Part shown: one piece after another, positions 61,230 to 64,000 of the stretch
Layout: each line of letters opens with the position of its first letter
Position numbering within the stretch: the stretch's first letter is position 1
Assembly: GCA_010093605.1 (NCBI GenBank)
Contig: MU004188.1
Coordinates: 871,673-935,672, forward strand
DNA from: Lophium mytilinum
Taxonomy: Eukaryota
Direction of reading: 5' to 3'
DNA length: 64,000 nucleotides
Notes under the pieces: model-generated
Database searches by the model: none
Seen by the model: the letters and a program-made list of their open reading frames with translations, nothing else
What the model was told of the DNA's origin: nothing
Made by a program: the position numbers and the translations under genes

Positions 61230-62649
61230 ATGTCTACGAAAAGAGTCATTGTTCTTGGGTTAGTGCTCTTTCCAGTATCTAATGCCATTTGCTTCTAATA
61301 CAACCGTAGCGGTGGTGTCGTGGGTCTCCAAACGGCAGTAGACCTGCTCGAGGCCGGTTACGCGGTGAATGTGATAGCGAAACACCTTCCAGGTGATATA
61401 GACGCCCACTATCCTTCACAGCAGTAAGTATCACCGTATAAGCATTTGGTAGCATAATGCATCCTTATATCGTTAGGTCTGCTTCTACTTGGGCTTCCGA
61501 TGAGCCTACGGTGGATGCTGAAACGAGACGATGGTACGACGAAGGGTACAAACAGTGGGAGATCATGTCGGAAGAGGACGAATTCAAGGCAGCTGGAGTC
61601 GTTGTGAGTTCTCGCTAACAGCTAACATATTGGCTGAGTGGCGAGTTGACCAAGAGATAGAAACGACCTACCTTTCGATATTGGTGAGTATCCCCAATGA
61701 TCAATCGTTATCACAGAGCGAACGTGACCCGTGTGTGCAAAAGGGAAAATCCTCCCGAAAACCTCGTCAAGCTCGGATTATCAGCACTTTGGCACTCAAA
61801 GGATATACCTTCCTTCAGGATTCTAGACCCTGAAGAACTTCCGCCAGGGGTGAAATTTGGTACAACCTACACAACTTTCAGCGTGAACACACCGGCATAC
61901 CTTGACTATCTTCAGTCACGCATTGTTGCATTAGGCGGTGCTATTGAACGTGCGACTCTGCCTGTTGATCAGGGTCTGGAGCAAGGATTGAAAGAAGCAA
62001 GACAGCTTGTTGACTCGAAAGACATATACGCCTATGTGAACGCGATGGGTACATATGGAATGAAACTAGCTGGCGATAAGGGTTTATTGGTTATCAGAGA
62101 TCAGTCAATACACGTCAAAGGGGAATCCAATAAGTATGCCGACCGAATAGATGATGATGGTATCTACTACGCCATTCCAAGGGTTGGCGCGGGCCTTACC
62201 GTTTTAGGAGGATATTTGGAGGTTGAAAATTGGTAGGATTCACCAAGCAAAAAGCATCTGATCAGCGAAGTGAGCTAATGGATGAATGCTAGGAGCGAAA
62301 CTCTGGATCCCGATTGCGTCAGGAAGGTCCTGAAAAGTTGCAAGAAGCTAATACCAGAGTGTCTCAATGATGACGGCGAATTTACGGTTCTGGGCGAGTA
62401 TGTGGGTATTAGACCACATAGAAAAGGCGGGGCAAGGGTAGAGATAGAGCAACTCAAGGATATGCCGGAAGAGAGTGTCGTCGTGCACAACTACGGTCAC
62501 GGTCCTGGCGGGTGAGTTGTCAATGTTCTGTCTTCGGAAGCTAGTTCGAGCAGCTAATGTACATGACAAGATTTTTCAAGTCCGTGGGCGCCGCGAGGAA
62601 GGTTGTTCGACTACTAGATAGTATTGGATCAGGTAAGTCTGCGATTTAG
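61230..62649 (+). CDS. D-amino acid oxidase family flavoprotein (divergent)
   Basis: VIVLGGGVVGL FAD-binding motif, VNTPAYLDYL, YAIPR, VGIRP, VHNYGHG. Six introns traced in frame. Confidence 0.88.
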
Positions 62650-62891
62650 CACCGACCCTTGCCAACTGTGAGATATAGAAAACACTAATTAGAATGCTTT
62701 AGGGCTAGAGTTTCCGCCTAACCTAGAAGAGAAGCAAGGTTCGGCTTCGCAGGACCAGGAGATATTCCCGGGATTCTACGGCAAGGCTGGTGAGTCAAGT
62801 AAAGAAGAGGTTTGAATTGAGGATAGTGTTATCTCAGTGAGAAAAGAGATTTACCGCCCCGCAATACCTACGTTGACCGATAAATACAACG

Positions 62892-63740
62892 TCATTCCCA
62901 ATATCTCGAACTTGCGTCCGGCAGCTCCAGCTCAAAGCTTCCGCGTGTCTGGTCATCCCCAAGCTCAATAAGACCACTTATAGCACCTTGTGCCTCCTGA
63001 GTATGTGCCAGCTGAACGAGCCTCTTCATATCGTTCTCCATGCTTCCGGTCCCAGCGAGAGTCTCCTGAATCCCCTTCTTCGTTGCCTCTATCCCACCTC
63101 GCGGGAATCTAGAAACCCTCTCCGCAAACTCATCCACATACTCTCTCAATAGCTCCCCACTCTCAAATGCAGAATTGACCCAGCCAATCCTCGACGCTTC
63201 TTTACTATCGATAGCCTTCGCAGAGATATTCCATTCCAAAGCCCGCGCCGGCCCTATTAGCTGCGCCAACCTGTGCAGACCGCCGCCGTGGACGACGCCG
63301 CCAGCTACTTCTGGGATACCGAGACGCGCGTCCGGACCAGCAAAGCGCATGTCCATGTTCACAGCGAACTCGTTTCCGCCACCGACCGCCAGACCGTTGA
63401 CCTCGGCGATGAAGATGACAGGAATACTGTTCAGCAGCTGGATCGTTTCGCCCAGCCTGTGAAGGGCTGCTTGACTATCAACCTCCGGGGGTGCAGGGTA
63501 TTGCGCACTGATCAAGTGGAGATCCAGATGAGAGAGCCATATCTTTTCGTCGGCGCTGGAGAACACGACGACTTTTGGTGCGTCCTCGGCTTTTTGTAGG
63601 CTGATGAGGAAGGCGTGAAGGTCGTTGAGTAGATCCACTCCGATGAGGTTGATAGGGGGACTGGAGAATGTTACCCGCAGGGCGTGTTGGCTTGAGCGGA
63701 CTGGTGTTATAGTGAACGTTTTATACTTCTGTTCAGCCAT
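62892..63740 (-). CDS. Enoyl-CoA hydratase/isomerase (crotonase superfamily), intronless
   Basis: PPINL, IAEVNGLAVGGGNEF...DMRFA, PEV, LIGPARALE, GWVN. Confidence 0.9.
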   Translation of the reverse strand: MAEQKYKTFTITPVRSSQHALRVTFSSPPINLIGVDLLNDLHAFLISLQKAEDAPKVVVFSSADEKIWLSHLDLHLISAQYPAPPEVDSQAALHRLGETIQLLNSIPVIFIAEVNGLAVGGGNEFAVNMDMRFAGPDARLGIPEVAGGVVHGGGLHRLAQLIGPARALEWNISAKAIDSKEASRIGWVNSAFESGELLREYVDEFAERVSRFPRGGIEATKKGIQETLAGTGSMENDMKRLVQLAHTQEAQGAISGLIELGDDQTRGSFELELPDASSRYWE

Positions 63741-64000
63741 TATGAGCTGATCGGAGCTACGAAGCCTAGGAGAGACGGAAACAGATGTTATCTTAGCGAA
63801 TGGTGGAGGATAGGCCGTTAATTGAATTCTGCACTGCAGAAGACAGGACTGTCGGATTATATCTTGCAGTACATCTTGTGTATACTAATCATTTAGCGAC
63901 CCGTATTACTACACAGTCATCGCACTTTGTCAGGCAAGATACCTTATGTATACTAATCAGCTCATGATTCGTGGTTTTGACCAATCCACTGACTTGCTAG

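Overview
Fungal nuclear DNA (filamentous ascomycete, probably Dothideomycetes), with GT-AG introns carrying CTRAC branch points. It holds about 22 protein-coding genes. A housekeeping core comprises an aldo-keto reductase, an SPG5-like protein, a LARP1/Sro9-like protein, the H3K9 methyltransferase dim-5/kmt1, RRP1, TRM8, GID4, mago nashi, beta-COP, a sphingoid base kinase, VMA13, DIS3 and APQ12. More accessory genes are a CYP504-like P450, two MFS transporters, a GPI protein, a 1326-aa orphan coiled-coil protein, a hevein/CBM18 mucin-like protein, a D-amino acid oxidase and a crotonase. The ORF track misses four things. (1) At about 2.0-3.4 kb on the minus strand is an apparently non-coding spliced host transcript with five box C/D snoRNAs, one per intron (snR41-, snR70- and snR51-like plus two others); it has a zero-length exon (TAG|GTACAT) and a 9-nt exon. 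(2) An intron-containing initiator tRNA-Met lies at 31362-31451. (3) An isolated RIP-like AT-rich patch covers the promoter and 5'UTR intron of the H3K9 methyltransferase gene itself. (4) Several genes are broken: a TauD relic, a gene frameshifted by a 19-bp duplication, and a G-run frameshift in the CBM18 protein. All calls come from manual reading, and rRNA target sequences and numbering are recalled from memory; no searches were run.
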